From a virus: a stretch of DNA of 64,000 nt. The DNA lies in the IMG/VR virus record IMGVR_UViG_3300044712_000732, positions 61,776 to 125,775 of that record; one strand, 5' to 3'. The first letter of the stretch is position 1. Every line of letters begins with the position of its first letter. The position numbers and the translations under genes were made by a program. Positions 1 through 11,750 of this stretch are shown piece after piece. Below the pieces are notes generated by a model. It was not told where the DNA came from. It searched no databases and was given only the letters and a program-made list of their open reading frames with translations.

Positions 1-1848
1 CTTCTTCTTGTATCCTACGAATTCTTTCTATTTCGTTTTGAATATCTTGTTTTATATTTCGTAGTAAATTGTCAAGTTCATCTATAATGTTTTTAAGCGT
101 TTCTGCCCCATAAATCACATCAACAATAGGTGTGGTCATAAACATGGTAGCCTTTGATTTAAGTGTATTAAAAACAGATTTACGGTTAGATGTCACACCA
201 TCTTTATTGATATTATTTTCGATACTTGAAATATAATCAGATATTTTAGATTTATTTAAACTTATATATGATAAGCTGTTGTTATAATCAGAAAATAACT
301 TATTAATAGTTTCAAAATAATTTAAGATAGATGTTTTTTCTAATAAATATGCATTGTATGTTTTTATTGCATTATCTAAATCATCATTTTTTAAAAATTT
401 TTCACTATCAACCAATAATAATCTTAAATTGTTATCAATTTCATCAATATTAATATTTTTTGAAAAATCACCAATTTTTGCATTAGATAAAATATTTTTT
501 TGTTCTAAATAATTTAAATATGATTTTTTTAAAGATTTTGTAATGTTTATAATAAATGAATTAATTTCATCAACAATATCATTAACCTTATCGAGTTTAA
601 TTTTAAATGCATTAAATTTAGAATTAATAATATTTATCGTTTTTTTGAGTTTGATTAAATTTTCTGTTGTATATTCAGTATTGATTTCGATAATATTTAA
701 TATTAAATTTAATTCATTTATATTTGATTCAATACAATATCTAAATTTGTGTTCAACCCAATTAGATATTTCTATTTTCTTATTTTCAAGATATTTAATA
801 CATTCATTAATATCTAATATCATTTTTTTATAATCAGATAACTTATTATATACTGTCTGTAGTTCAGTTTGAGTTTCAGTAGTTACAATTTTTGAATCCA
901 TATATAAATCTTCAAGGTCTTTTGGTAATTTTATATTTAATTCAGAAAATGAATTATAAATTTTTTGAATATCATCGGTTATACCTAATATACTTGTTAC
1001 TAATTTCTTATATTTTACCAATTCAAATTTAATATTATTATTATAATTTTTGGTATCTTCAGTTATAAGTTTTTTTGTCAAATGGAAAATTCTAGAATTA
1101 TACATATTTTCAAGATTAATAGGTAATTTGTACCCACTAGAAATAATCCAAGAATAAAGTGTATTAATATCAAAATTAATAGTATTTATTTCATTTTTTA
1201 ATTTTAAAAGTACTTGTTTTCTTTTATTTAAGAAATATATCAAATATCCAATACCTGCTAATAGTATTAAAATTAATAATATATTCAACAAATGACTAAA
1301 AAAATTAGATACAGCAGCTTTATGTTCAGCAGCTTTACGTTCCTTATTTTTTATTAAAAAAGCATAACCATCAAATCCGATTTTATCCTGACATGCAACA
1401 ATAAATGCACGTAAGCCATCATAATACAATTCATTTTTAAAATATGGAATTAGATCTGAATCTCTATATCTAGATAACCAACCATCAGGTAAAAATTCTT
1501 CAAGTCCATATCCTGTTCGGTATTCAATATGTCGTTGAGCTTTTGAAAAAATTATAACAAATCCATTATTAAGTCCTTTTTGACCAATTTTCCATTGTTT
1601 AGCCAAATCAGTAGAATACATAAAATCAAAATTCGCAGAAGTCGCTAAACAAAATTGAATAGATGTTTTTGCTTCATAATCTTTCATTATATTTATTAAA
1701 TCAGCTTTTTCATCTGGTGTGAACACACCTTCAAGATCAACCACATAGTTATCTGGTTCTGCTATATCCATTAAATTTTGACATAACACACTTGAATAAC
1801 TTAAAATAATAATAAATACTAATAATACTATTTTTTTCATTTGAACAA
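1..1848 (-). CDS. TPM-domain (TLP18.3/Psb32-like) secreted/membrane protein, 3'-partial (runs off window start)
   Basis: Minus-strand ATG at 1846-1848. Translation starts MKKIVLLVFIIILSYSS (signal peptide), then VVDLEGVFTPDEKADL...GFVIIFSKAQRHIEYRTGYGLEEFLPDGW (TPM signature), a TM helix and a long coiled-coil tail. No stop before position 1. Confidence 0.55.
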
Positions 1849-1960
1849 GTTTTAATTAATAATTCAACAAAGATAGATATTTGTTTTTATAAAACCAAAA
1901 AATGACCCAAATATTTTAATATATAACTTAACTTAAAATTCAAAAACAAAAGAATTAATT

Positions 1961-3271
1961 ATGACTCAAATCACTAAATTGAATAAATCAAATGAAAATA
2001 TAATTGATTTATTACAAAACAAAGAATTACTCATATATGAAGATATACAAGGTGCGCAAATTTTTGTGAAATGGACTGGTCAAAAATTTATAATTAAACC
2101 TAAATCAATCAGCAATACAGAATTAAATTTTGTTGATTTAGCAACACAAAAATTTTATAATACGGTTTTTAATCATTGTTACACTCTACCTGAATATGTG
2201 ACAAATTTATTATCACCAACTTGGTGGTTTTGTTTTGAATATTTTCCAGATAATCAACCTGCACATATTGAATATAAAAAAATTCCAAAAAATAATTTAA
2301 TATTAACATGTATTGTTAAAGGAACTAAATATAAATACAATTATGATGAAATAGTTGAATATGCTAAATTATTAGATGTTGATTCACTACCTGTAATATT
2401 TAAAGGAAAATTAAATGATAAACAATTAGAAGTTATAAATTTATTTTTACATACATCTGAAAATGATTTAGATTATGTTTTTGGTGAAAATAATTTTGCA
2501 TATTTTTTTTATAAAATATTAAACCCAAATTTACAAAATTCGTTTTTGATGGATGATTTTAATGATAATTTAGAAAAAATTATAATTCGAATTGATGGAA
2601 ATGATGAACAATCATTTGAAATATTCAATCCCAATTATGAAAAAATGAATTTGAGTAATAAAACTGAATATTTAGATACATATACATTAATATTGTTAAA
2701 TTTTTTAGAATTCTTACAGCTTATTGATTTTGATAAAGTTAAATTGAAAGAAATCACAAAGGATGAACTATATATTGAATTTATTTCGATAGTTTTTAAT
2801 GAATTTGCTGATAATATAAAAAAGGAAATAAAAACTTGGAACTTATCTATACCTGGATTTTTTTCTGATGATAAATTTAAAATTAATACATTTTTATTAA
2901 AAAATCAAAAAACAATAGATATAATTAAATCTGATGATAAATTTGAATATTTTTTTAAACTTATCTTAGGATCATTCAATAAAACAAAAAAGAAACCTAT
3001 CGGTATTTTTGATGAAAAAACTGTTGAATTGTTTAATAAAGAAGTTAAAAAAATATCTAATTATTTAGAATCAGTATTAAAAATAAATCGTGAATATTTA
3101 TTAAGAAATAATGACTTACTAAATTTTAAAGATTATTTTAATGTCAATTATAACACAGATAGCCAAGGTGATATATATCCTGATGTGGATAAACTAATGT
3201 CAGAAATACCAGATGGTGAAGAAAAGAAAAAGAAATCATCTATGCCCCCAACAAAAAAACCTACTAAGTAG
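1961..3271 (+). CDS. hypothetical protein (436 aa); ends with tandem TAG TAG
   Basis: Long ORF; stop is TAG (3269-3271) followed immediately by a second TAG. Confidence 0.6.
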   Translation: MTQITKLNKSNENIIDLLQNKELLIYEDIQGAQIFVKWTGQKFIIKPKSISNTELNFVDLATQKFYNTVFNHCYTLPEYVTNLLSPTWWFCFEYFPDNQPAHIEYKKIPKNNLILTCIVKGTKYKYNYDEIVEYAKLLDVDSLPVIFKGKLNDKQLEVINLFLHTSENDLDYVFGENNFAYFFYKILNPNLQNSFLMDDFNDNLEKIIIRIDGNDEQSFEIFNPNYEKMNLSNKTEYLDTYTLILLNFLEFLQLIDFDKVKLKEITKDELYIEFISIVFNEFADNIKKEIKTWNLSIPGFFSDDKFKINTFLLKNQKTIDIIKSDDKFEYFFKLILGSFNKTKKKPIGIFDEKTVELFNKEVKKISNYLESVLKINREYLLRNNDLLNFKDYFNVNYNTDSQGDIYPDVDKLMSEIPDGEEKKKKSSMPPTKKPTK

Positions 3272-4097
3272 TAGGTTTTTTTATTATATTATTTTGATAA
3301 CTTCTAATACAGGATCGACAACTTGGGATAAAAACACCATAAAACCGTGTATTAATTTCTTTAAACACTTCCCTAAATCCACTTTCTAAATAATTTTCAA
3401 CATTTTCATATTTCCAACACCCAAATCCACATTTATAAATATCACCTTCTTCATCAATTAAAAAAGAATATTTTTTATCCGGATTACTACAATATGTTCC
3501 AAACATTGAATAACGTCCATACGTAAACATAGACCTACCAATAGGAATCATATCTTCTTCTTTTTCTTTTAAAGTCGATTCAAATGTTTTAATATTATAT
3601 TTTGTTAAATATTCTTTCGCTTTTTCATTATTTATATTGTGATGAAAACTATCTTTAGATATTGATACATAAATATTATCAAATTGTGATAAAAATTTTG
3701 CAAAATCATCATCAATTGCAGCCCAATCACCGTTTGATACTATTCTAACAACTTGGGCTACTGGAATTATATTTAATAGAATATCTTTGTAGTTTGGATT
3801 ACAAAATATTTCACCACCCATAACATTTAATGAATATACTCCATTATTTTTAATGAATTTACTAATTTTTAATGATGTTTCAATAGACATATGGATATCA
3901 TTGTTTGGTGAACATTCATAACAACAATGACTACAAGATTGGGTGCATTTTAATGTTATTCTAATAGTAGCTGATAAACGTTTAGGACATTCTTTAAAAA
4001 CATTACATGTTGAACAATTACATTTATGTTCAGTTTTATTACATACTTTATCTAAACAGATATCACAAGCTGGAAATTTATCAAAAAAATCTTTCAT
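3264..4097 (-). CDS. radical SAM enzyme with N-terminal Cys-rich extension
   Basis: CTQSCSHC (CxxxCxxC) and NVMGGEIF (GGE SAM-binding motif). N-terminal CDICLDKVCNKTEHKCNCSTCNVFKECPKR cluster. Ends TAG TAG on the minus strand. Confidence 0.6.
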   Translation of the reverse strand: MKDFFDKFPACDICLDKVCNKTEHKCNCSTCNVFKECPKRLSATIRITLKCTQSCSHCCYECSPNNDIHMSIETSLKISKFIKNNGVYSLNVMGGEIFCNPNYKDILLNIIPVAQVVRIVSNGDWAAIDDDFAKFLSQFDNIYVSISKDSFHHNINNEKAKEYLTKYNIKTFESTLKEKEEDMIPIGRSMFTYGRYSMFGTYCSNPDKKYSFLIDEEGDIYKCGFGCWKYENVENYLESGFREVFKEINTRFYGVFIPSCRSCIRSYQNNIIKKPTT

Positions 4098-4153
4098 TTT
4101 TAATTTTTTATAAATTCAGCACAAAGATAATATAATAATAGATAAGAACAAAT

Positions 4154-4828
4154 TTAATTTGGAATATTTAACTGATTTTTTATATAAATATAGTCATCAT
4201 CACACATTTTACCACTTGAAAAACAACTATAATTCCAATCATCATTAATTTTTCCTTTTGATAACATATGACATAAATTCATAACATAATGTCCCTTTGA
4301 TCCTAATATACGATAATTATCATTTTGGGGTTGAGTTTCAAATTCCCAAGGAGTTTTTACATCTTTTAAATAATTTAAAAAAAACATTCTATTCCAAATT
4401 GAATTTATTAATGATAATCTATAATTAACATTTTGATATAATTCGATAATATTATCATTCACATAAAACCAACCTTGATATACTTTAAGGCTTTTATCAT
4501 CTAGAATAGATATAACTCGTGATTCAATATCTTTTGTTAATCCAATTCTACCAACACTATTATCTAAATGCATTTCTAATTTTTTTAATAATTCTGTATC
4601 AACATCAGACATAAGAATCATATCATTTAATATTAATATAAAAAAATCATCATCAATATTAGAAAAATAATTATAAAAATCATCAGCCCAAAATTCGGGT
4701 GAACGATATTCATTACTAAATTTAATTATATTTAAATCTATATTGTTACTCCAATATTTATTTATAGAATATTTTAAAATGTTTGTAATGTGTTCTGTAC
4801 CTTGTGGTTCATGTACGTATACTTTCAT
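4154..4828 (-). CDS. hypothetical protein
   Basis: 224-aa ORF with no recognisable motif. Confidence 0.45.
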   Translation of the reverse strand: MKVYVHEPQGTEHITNILKYSINKYWSNNIDLNIIKFSNEYRSPEFWADDFYNYFSNIDDDFFILILNDMILMSDVDTELLKKLEMHLDNSVGRIGLTKDIESRVISILDDKSLKVYQGWFYVNDNIIELYQNVNYRLSLINSIWNRMFFLNYLKDVKTPWEFETQPQNDNYRILGSKGHYVMNLCHMLSKGKINDDWNYSCFSSGKMCDDDYIYIKNQLNIPN

Positions 4829-5322
4829 AAAATAGCATCTTTTATGATTTTTAGTGATTTATAATCATTTAATAATAATTCTAATCCTGGATGTTTTTTC
4901 TTTAAATTCAATAATTCTTCAAATGTAACCCATTTATAACCATCTGATTCCCAATTTAATATTGGTTTAAATTCCTTATCAATAATTCCTATAAAATTGT
5001 GGTATTCGAATGTTCTATTACCATTTCTAAAAATATAAGCTGGTATTAATTCTAAATAATCATTATACCCTGTTTCTTGATCTAATTCATAAATAACGGT
5101 ATCTTCCAAACTATCACCTTCTTCTACTTTACCACCCCACAAACCCCATGTATGAGGTTCATTAACATACGATGATCTATAACAAAGTAATATTCTTTTT
5201 GTTTCAGTTGATATTGGCAAACATCCTGCTGCAACATTACCCCAAAATGCTTCACCAGCATCATTATCATATACTGCGTGAGTACCATCACCAAAATATT
5301 CGAAGGTTTTTATATATTTCAT
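4825..5322 (-). CDS. Nudix hydrolase
   Basis: GGKVEEGDSLEDTVIYELDQETG matches the Nudix box (compare MutT GGKIEMGETPEQAVVRELQEEVG). Confidence 0.7.
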   Translation of the reverse strand: MKYIKTFEYFGDGTHAVYDNDAGEAFWGNVAAGCLPISTETKRILLCYRSSYVNEPHTWGLWGGKVEEGDSLEDTVIYELDQETGYNDYLELIPAYIFRNGNRTFEYHNFIGIIDKEFKPILNWESDGYKWVTFEELLNLKKKHPGLELLLNDYKSLKIIKDAIL

Positions 5323-5810
5323 AAAATATTATATTTTTTTGCTTTTTTATATATTAGATATTCTTCAATATTGAATGTTTTATATTTTTTTGATCCACCA
5401 AAAAAATATATTTTATCATCATCACCAACTTCAATATCAATTTCACCCAATTGGGCTAATAATATTCGTATTAATTCATTTTTTTGCTTATCATAAATAT
5501 CATCCCAAAATCCTACACCATGACCATTTCTTTGATACCATATATATCCACCTACCGAATCATCAGATATATCTTCAAATATATCTTTATCTAACTCAAT
5601 TGCTGTATTTATAAACCATTCTATTTCTTCTTTTGCTTGTTTTCTAGCGTCATCACTAAAATCATAAATTGTTTTATTTTTATTAATTAAATCTTGGTGT
5701 GTATCTTCACCTGTAAATAACGCTGTTACGAAATAATCATTAATTATGTTATCTATACCATAATCAATTAATACATTTTCATTTAAAAATAATTTAAATT
5801 TAGTTATCAT
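5319..5810 (-). CDS. hypothetical protein
   Basis: 163-aa ORF. Confidence 0.45.
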   Translation of the reverse strand: MITKFKLFLNENVLIDYGIDNIINDYFVTALFTGEDTHQDLINKNKTIYDFSDDARKQAKEEIEWFINTAIELDKDIFEDISDDSVGGYIWYQRNGHGVGFWDDIYDKQKNELIRILLAQLGEIDIEVGDDDKIYFFGGSKKYKTFNIEEYLIYKKAKKYNIL

Positions 5811-5883
5811 ATTATTATATATAAATTATTGAAAATAAAAAAAGCCCCAATATGGAGCTTTTTTATTTATATGTATATAAAAA

Positions 5884-6357
5884 TTATGACAATAATACAA
5901 TTTTCCAACCTTTTCGGACACCAACTTTTTTTATTTCAAGATTTAATCTGTCTTCAATAAGTCCAATCATAAATCCATATGTTCTTTTGTGTAATTCACG
6001 ATCCCTAAGAATATTTAATTTATTGCTTTCAAAATTTTTTCTATATTCTTCGAGTTCTTTTTGAAAATGGCAATCATTTTCATGATCAACTAACATCAAA
6101 CAATGTTGATCAACAACACAACCATCAATATTCTTTGAACTTTCACGTAATTCTTTTAATGCATCAGTTTCATATAGACTTTTCATATATGACCAAAGAC
6201 CCTTTTCCAAATCTGTCATATCACCAACAACAATTTCATTTTGTGAAATTTCTTGATCTACTTCTGTGTATTCACCATTTTCCATGTATAGTATTGCTTT
6301 TTCAACAAAAGTATCTTTAAATGCAACACTTAATTGTTTAATTGTGTTTTGATTCAT
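5884..6357 (-). CDS. hypothetical protein
   Basis: 157-aa ORF. A rho-independent-terminator-like hairpin lies just downstream (5835-5865). Confidence 0.45.
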   Translation of the reverse strand: MNQNTIKQLSVAFKDTFVEKAILYMENGEYTEVDQEISQNEIVVGDMTDLEKGLWSYMKSLYETDALKELRESSKNIDGCVVDQHCLMLVDHENDCHFQKELEEYRKNFESNKLNILRDRELHKRTYGFMIGLIEDRLNLEIKKVGVRKGWKIVLLS

Positions 6358-6383
6358 AATTTTTATTTTTAATTTATTATACG

Positions 6384-7352
6384 TTATATTTTATCAATAT
6401 TTTCTTTTATTGATTTATTATCAAGTGTATGATTAGCTTTTTTACCAATCTTTTTGATAATAGCATCCAATGTTAAATTACAATATTCATCAACCCAATC
6501 ACCGATATAATATAAATTTTTTGATCCTACGATAACACCAAATAATATTGGGTCTTTTCTTTTTTCTTTTTCTTCATTTGTTTCTGATACCGAATCATTA
6601 TTATAATCATAATGCATAATTACATAATTATCAAAAATTTTAAGTTCATCTGCTTCTTTTTTTAATTTTGTTATATCATCAGGAATAACTTTAACAAAAT
6701 TTTTAATGTAAGTTAAACACAATTTTGTTTTTAGTTTTTCGTGTACTGAAGCAACATTATAAAATTTAACAACTTCATCTTCGGTAAGATATTTGTTGAA
6801 TTTTGATTGACATAAAATTAATTCCGATTTGAGAATTTCAGCATATTCTAAAATTCTTTCAACAAGAGCAGTTTGATTATTGTCCTGGGCATTTAATACA
6901 GTTAGTTGATATTTATCTAATACTTCATTAATACTATCTTTATCTAGTATATTTACGTTGTTTTTTATCGTATCAAAAAATAATTTTAAATCTTCTTGGG
7001 ATATTTCCTTTTTTAAAATTTCTGATGTTAAATATTTTTTGAATATTTTTTTATATGCCCAAATTTGACATTTTAATTTAAACGTTGGTTTATTGGAATA
7101 TAAACTTTGTAATGATTGCAAAGCTTTAATTCTAGCTTGTTGTCCATCATTTGATCCAATCCAATTATTAGATATATTACCACCAACTATTCCAAAATTC
7201 ACATTAGATGAACCAAATGGATCTAATTCTATTTTAAATTTAGGTAAATTATTATCTATTGATACATTCTGCAATAACAAAATTTTTCCATCTTTTATCA
7301 TATGATTAATATTTAATTTTTTGTGAATATATAACAATTTTTTAATTTCCAA
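6384..7352 (-). CDS. hypothetical protein
   Basis: 322-aa ORF. Confidence 0.45.
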   Translation of the reverse strand: MEIKKLLYIHKKLNINHMIKDGKILLLQNVSIDNNLPKFKIELDPFGSSNVNFGIVGGNISNNWIGSNDGQQARIKALQSLQSLYSNKPTFKLKCQIWAYKKIFKKYLTSEILKKEISQEDLKLFFDTIKNNVNILDKDSINEVLDKYQLTVLNAQDNNQTALVERILEYAEILKSELILCQSKFNKYLTEDEVVKFYNVASVHEKLKTKLCLTYIKNFVKVIPDDITKLKKEADELKIFDNYVIMHYDYNNDSVSETNEEKEKRKDPILFGVIVGSKNLYYIGDWVDEYCNLTLDAIIKKIGKKANHTLDNKSIKENIDKI

Positions 7353-7398
7353 AAAATATTGTAATTATTTTATTTCAATGTACGTTCTGTATATATTG

Positions 7399-8424
7399 TT
7401 ATTTTTTATGAATTGGACAATTTGGATCAAATATTGGAGTTTCGCTTGGATATAATTCAACATTATCTATTTTTGGACAAGTACATTTTGGTGTTTCCCA
7501 AAATTTATGATAGGAAACATCTTCCTTTTCACCATACAATATTTGCATATTATATTCAATGTTTGTTAACTTTTTATAATATTTTTGTAAATTATCAGTA
7601 TTGGATTTGATTTCATCATAAATTTTAAGTTTTTCTAATAAACAGTTTTTTAATTTATCTAAATTCTCAGTAATTAATATTCTATCTAAGTTTACCCATT
7701 CTCTTAATTTTTTATATTTGACTAGATATATATCATTAGATTCAATTTTTTCTAACATATCTTCAAATGAAATATTATTTTCTTTTAAATCTTGAAATTC
7801 TTGTAAATCCAATTCAGTTATTGATTCTTCAATTTCTTGAAACATTTCATTTTTATCTTGTGGTCCACCATGAAATGATATTTCATAAAAAATTGCATTA
7901 AATAATTCAAAAAGTGTAAATGATTTATTACCGATTTTTAAAACTATATCATCTTTTTTATTTTCGATTTTATTATAATCAACAATTTCAATATTTGTAT
8001 TTATTTTTATTTTACAATTTTTTATATTATTTAATCCAATAAAATCGAGCGCACAATCATCTAATTTTGGTGATATACCATGAAGTGATGGTAATATATT
8101 TACATCATCATCACATTTATCACACAACCAATATAATTCAATATAATCAATATCCAATATTTCTGTTGGATTATTTTCAATTTCTTGTAAATATGGTTCA
8201 AGCATAAGACCACCCAAAGCAGATTCATATATATTGTTCAATTTATCTATATTAGCAGACACTATTTCGAAAATTCTTTTTATTGTTACACTTTCGCCAA
8301 GTTCAACATATTCAGATAAAAAGCTTATAATATCTTCAATATCTAAAATATCCACTTCATCCTTAGATGAAGTGGATATTGAATATTCACTATAATAAAT
8401 ATTATTGTTAGTTATTGTTATCAT
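7399..8424 (-). CDS. hypothetical protein (Cys cluster at C-terminus)
   Basis: 341-aa ORF; C-terminal CTCPK...CPIHKK. Confidence 0.45.
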   Translation of the reverse strand: MITITNNNIYYSEYSISTSSKDEVDILDIEDIISFLSEYVELGESVTIKRIFEIVSANIDKLNNIYESALGGLMLEPYLQEIENNPTEILDIDYIELYWLCDKCDDDVNILPSLHGISPKLDDCALDFIGLNNIKNCKIKINTNIEIVDYNKIENKKDDIVLKIGNKSFTLFELFNAIFYEISFHGGPQDKNEMFQEIEESITELDLQEFQDLKENNISFEDMLEKIESNDIYLVKYKKLREWVNLDRILITENLDKLKNCLLEKLKIYDEIKSNTDNLQKYYKKLTNIEYNMQILYGEKEDVSYHKFWETPKCTCPKIDNVELYPSETPIFDPNCPIHKK

Positions 8425-8728
8425 TTAAATCAGATTTAGTTTCAATTACTGAATTATCTTCTACTACTGGAACAACATCTTCTGATATTATTTCTACATT
8501 ACTTAAATCCACTGAATCCCAATCTTCATTCAATTCATCAACATTTACATCAGGTCCAATAACTTCTTCTGTTGAAGTGTGTGCTTCTCTACTTGCCATC
8601 AATTCTTGCTGCATTTTGATATATTCTTCAATTAACTTTTTTTTACGTGCTTTTTCTGCAATCTTAATATTAATTTTATATTTAGCAACCTTTTCACGAT
8701 GACCTTTACGATGTTTAGATACTCCCAT
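8408..8728 (-). CDS. hypothetical protein, basic N-terminus and acidic C-terminus
   Basis: 106-aa ORF; GVSKHRKGHREKVAKYK followed by a D/E-rich tail. Confidence 0.4.
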   Translation of the reverse strand: MGVSKHRKGHREKVAKYKINIKIAEKARKKKLIEEYIKMQQELMASREAHTSTEEVIGPDVNVDELNEDWDSVDLSNVEIISEDVVPVVEDNSVIETKSDLNDNNN

Positions 8729-8783
8729 AATATTTATTTTTTTCTTTATATAGAAAAATATTATGAAAAAGTTTAATAGAAAA

Positions 8784-9236
8784 TTAAAAGATAGATTTTA
8801 TTTCTGTTACTATACCGTTTACGAATATTGGTTCAACAATTTGCCAATTTTCTATACGATTAGAATCAGCAGGTTTAGCACCAATAGGATTAATTGCTAA
8901 TGTAATATGTGGAAATGATGGACCATCTGTGAGTTCTAGTTTTTCTATATTAAAAAATCCAGTAACTTTAACTGCAACAGCTTTATCACTTATACCCAAT
9001 TCTGTTACAGTTAATGATACTTTTTCATCTAACCAATAACGTTTTATATGTTCTGGTAATCCACCTAAACAAATTGTCATGTGATCACATATTTTAATCC
9101 AATCAGAATATATTGGATCATTATAAATAAATTTTGATAGTAATAAATTCTTAGAATAAGAATCTAACACAATAGATGAATATACTATCGGTGTACCTGT
9201 TTTATAAAATTTAAAATCTTCAAACAATGTAATCAT
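8784..9236 (-). CDS. 2H phosphoesterase (LigT / cyclic phosphodiesterase-like)
   Basis: Two H-x-T-x motifs about 70 aa apart (CDHMTICLGG and SFPHITLAINP), the hallmark of the 2H superfamily. Confidence 0.55.
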   Translation of the reverse strand: MITLFEDFKFYKTGTPIVYSSIVLDSYSKNLLLSKFIYNDPIYSDWIKICDHMTICLGGLPEHIKRYWLDEKVSLTVTELGISDKAVAVKVTGFFNIEKLELTDGPSFPHITLAINPIGAKPADSNRIENWQIVEPIFVNGIVTEIKSIF

Positions 9237-9260
9237 AAAATATATATAAAATATTATAAT

Positions 9261-9288
9261 AAAAAAAAAAAGGAATCAAACGATTCCT
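9261..9288 (-). terminator. rho-independent terminator (hairpin AGGAATC-GTTT-GATTCCT followed by T10 on the minus strand)
   Basis: Plus-strand a10 then aggaatcaaacgattcct, immediately after the 9294..10133 stop. Confidence 0.6.
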
Positions 9289-9293
9289 ATTTA

Positions 9294-10133
9294 TTAAAGT
9301 GCATCACTATAAACTTTAACTATATTTAATAATTTAATTTTATTATGAAAATAATCAGTACACACATCTGTATATGAAAAATTTAGATTTTTAAGATTTA
9401 TCATAATATCAGATAATTCATCTTTAGTTTTTGTAATAAAACCGCCAACTTTATAGTTATTATAATAATAATTTAATATAGCTATATCTTCATTAAGTTC
9501 ATTAGTGGTGTCATCATTAGTGGTATCTTCATTAAGTTCATTAATCATATCTACCATATCATGATTGATATTTTGTCTAAATTGATCTACTATATCACTA
9601 ATAACACTGTTAGATTTACCAAAAAAAATATTAGGATCAATTTCATTATTATTTTCAGATTTTTCATGTTTTTTAATATTAATATTTTCACCTGTTAATG
9701 GTTTTTCATATAATGTTCGGTAATCCGTAATTTTACTTTTTATCGTATCATTAGAATATTCTACAATATTTTTTGTATCAATTCTTTTAATGTGTTCAAC
9801 AATATCTTCAAAAACATAATTGGTTTTACTAAAGAATTCTTCAGTATCAACACCAGTATAGGGTTTAAACAAATGTAGAAATAATATTTTTTGAATTTTA
9901 CTACCATCATCTAATATATAATATGTTTGATCTTGTTGTAATACTGTAACGATATGATTTGGGTCAGATTTGGATATATATTGTTTATTAATAGTATCCA
10001 TATCATTATCTTTTATATATTTTTTGATAACATCTTCAATAAAAGAACTTTTATTGATGTTTTTTTCGGTTGTTAAAGAATCAAATATTTCGAACAATGA
10101 TTCGTCAATTGAATAAGTTTTTGTTACTTTCAT
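9294..10133 (-). CDS. hypothetical protein
   Basis: 279-aa ORF. Confidence 0.45.
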   Translation of the reverse strand: MKVTKTYSIDESLFEIFDSLTTEKNINKSSFIEDVIKKYIKDNDMDTINKQYISKSDPNHIVTVLQQDQTYYILDDGSKIQKILFLHLFKPYTGVDTEEFFSKTNYVFEDIVEHIKRIDTKNIVEYSNDTIKSKITDYRTLYEKPLTGENINIKKHEKSENNNEIDPNIFFGKSNSVISDIVDQFRQNINHDMVDMINELNEDTTNDDTTNELNEDIAILNYYYNNYKVGGFITKTKDELSDIMINLKNLNFSYTDVCTDYFHNKIKLLNIVKVYSDAL

Positions 10134-10187
10134 GGTATTTAATTTTTTAAAGTATATATATTTAAATTAATGTCATAAATAACATTT

Positions 10188-10526
10188 TTAACAAATATTT
10201 TTTAATCTTAAAATTTTATCTTTTCTGAGTAAAAAAATATAATCAATCATTTTAATTAAACTAAATTTTCCCAGGATTGGTATTAATTCAGTACTACAAA
10301 AATAATATGAATTTTCAAATTTAAATATTAAATAATTATCATAACTAGCATATAAAACAAAACTTTCAAGATTATCTAATTCGATAACCTTGAAAGTTTT
10401 AATTTCAGATATAATAACTTTTGAATTTTTTAGATTTGTTAATCTAATTTCATCTATTTTATCACTAGAAGACCAAATTAGATTAATAATTTCAGAAAAA
10501 AATTCTTTTTTATTTTTCAGATTCAA
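10188..10526 (-). CDS. hypothetical protein
   Basis: 112-aa ORF. Confidence 0.4.
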   Translation of the reverse strand: MNLKNKKEFFSEIINLIWSSSDKIDEIRLTNLKNSKVIISEIKTFKVIELDNLESFVLYASYDNYLIFKFENSYYFCSTELIPILGKFSLIKMIDYIFLLRKDKILRLKNIC

Positions 10527-11292
10527 TTATTGGTTCTTCATTTTTTACCCTATCATCATTATTATAACCATCCATAGCATTTAATGAATTTATCCAATTT
10601 TGAAATTGGTTCGAAACTCTTTCTAAAATTACACCATATGCATTGAATAGTTTTGTCATTTTACCAATTTCAGATAAGACTATTCTAAAATATGTGAAAC
10701 TATCACTTCCACCTTTTTCTTCATGTTTCATCAACAAGTGATAAAGCAATACTAAACTTTGAATTGAACATATTGGTGTAAAAGAATCAATAGATTTTGG
10801 TAAATCTTTAAAAATTGCATTAGTTGGTGCTATAAATTTAGTATATAATTCCCAATAGTTAAATATTTCTTGACCATTATATGACAACTTAGTTGTTAAT
10901 GTGTGGTCAATATAATGCCATTCTTTTCGTGATAATTCAAAATTAAAACAGATTGAACTATATTTAGCATTATAATTTGAAAATAATTCTTTACCATAAC
11001 CGAACAATTTACTTCTTTCTGCTTCTGACATATTTTTAACTTCTTCTGAATCTGTACGGAATCTAGTTAAAAATTCATTTAAATTAGTATATGCACTTTC
11101 ATAATTTGTTAGTGATATATTTTCTAAATATAATCCACCTAGTTCATTAATGATATCTTCTGCATCTTTTAATTTTGTATCATTTGGATTAGTTGGTTTA
11201 TATTCTTCACCTTGAAATAATGCATCATATTCTGCATTTAAATCAAATTCTTGATTTCCTGTAAAATCAAATAATTTCTTTTCTTCACTCAT
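10510..11292 (-). CDS. hypothetical protein
   Basis: 260-aa ORF. Confidence 0.45.
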   Translation of the reverse strand: MSEEKKLFDFTGNQEFDLNAEYDALFQGEEYKPTNPNDTKLKDAEDIINELGGLYLENISLTNYESAYTNLNEFLTRFRTDSEEVKNMSEAERSKLFGYGKELFSNYNAKYSSICFNFELSRKEWHYIDHTLTTKLSYNGQEIFNYWELYTKFIAPTNAIFKDLPKSIDSFTPICSIQSLVLLYHLLMKHEEKGGSDSFTYFRIVLSEIGKMTKLFNAYGVILERVSNQFQNWINSLNAMDGYNNDDRVKNEEPIIESEK

Positions 11293-11750
11293 TAGTATCT
11301 TTTATTTTTTTTTGGTTTTTGATCTTTTTCTTCTTTTTCTTTTTCTTCTAATTGTTCTTTAAGTAAAATAATCATTTGATTTGCACGTTTTACTGCATCA
11401 TTTCCATATTTATCAAATATACTATTAGAAGTCATAATATTAGGTTTACCTATTTTAAGTGTGCCTTTTTCATAGTTAAATTCTAATAAAGCTAATTCTT
11501 GATCAATTAAGATTGTTTTTGCTTCATCATCAAAAGAATCAAAATATTGTTCATTAAAACTAACTATTAAATCAGCTTTTAATAAAACAGAATACCTATC
11601 AGGAATTTTGACAATCTTCAATAATGTTTTTTGTTTAGCATCAGATTGGAATAAAATTTTTAAATCCGTTGGAAAACTTAATTTTTTTTCTAATTCATTA
11701 AAATACTCAATAACATCTTCCGATAATTCATTAAATTGTTCTTTACTCAT
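11292..11750 (-). CDS. hypothetical protein
   Basis: 152-aa ORF. Confidence 0.45.
   Translation of the reverse strand: MSKEQFNELSEDVIEYFNELEKKLSFPTDLKILFQSDAKQKTLLKIVKIPDRYSVLLKADLIVSFNEQYFDSFDDEAKTILIDQELALLEFNYEKGTLKIGKPNIMTSNSIFDKYGNDAVKRANQMIILLKEQLEEKEKEEKDQKPKKNKRY

Noticed and set aside
543-833. 96-aa plus-strand ORF of low-complexity I/L/F/S residues
   Set aside because: Lies antisense to the minus-strand TPM-domain gene (1..1848) and has the composition expected from AT-rich antisense; treated as spurious.
1961-3271. Possible RNA ligase (YEDIQG resembling the KxDG adenylation motif)
   Set aside because: The nucleophilic lysine is absent and the other ligase motifs (IV EGxVxK, V KxK) are not convincingly present; left as hypothetical.
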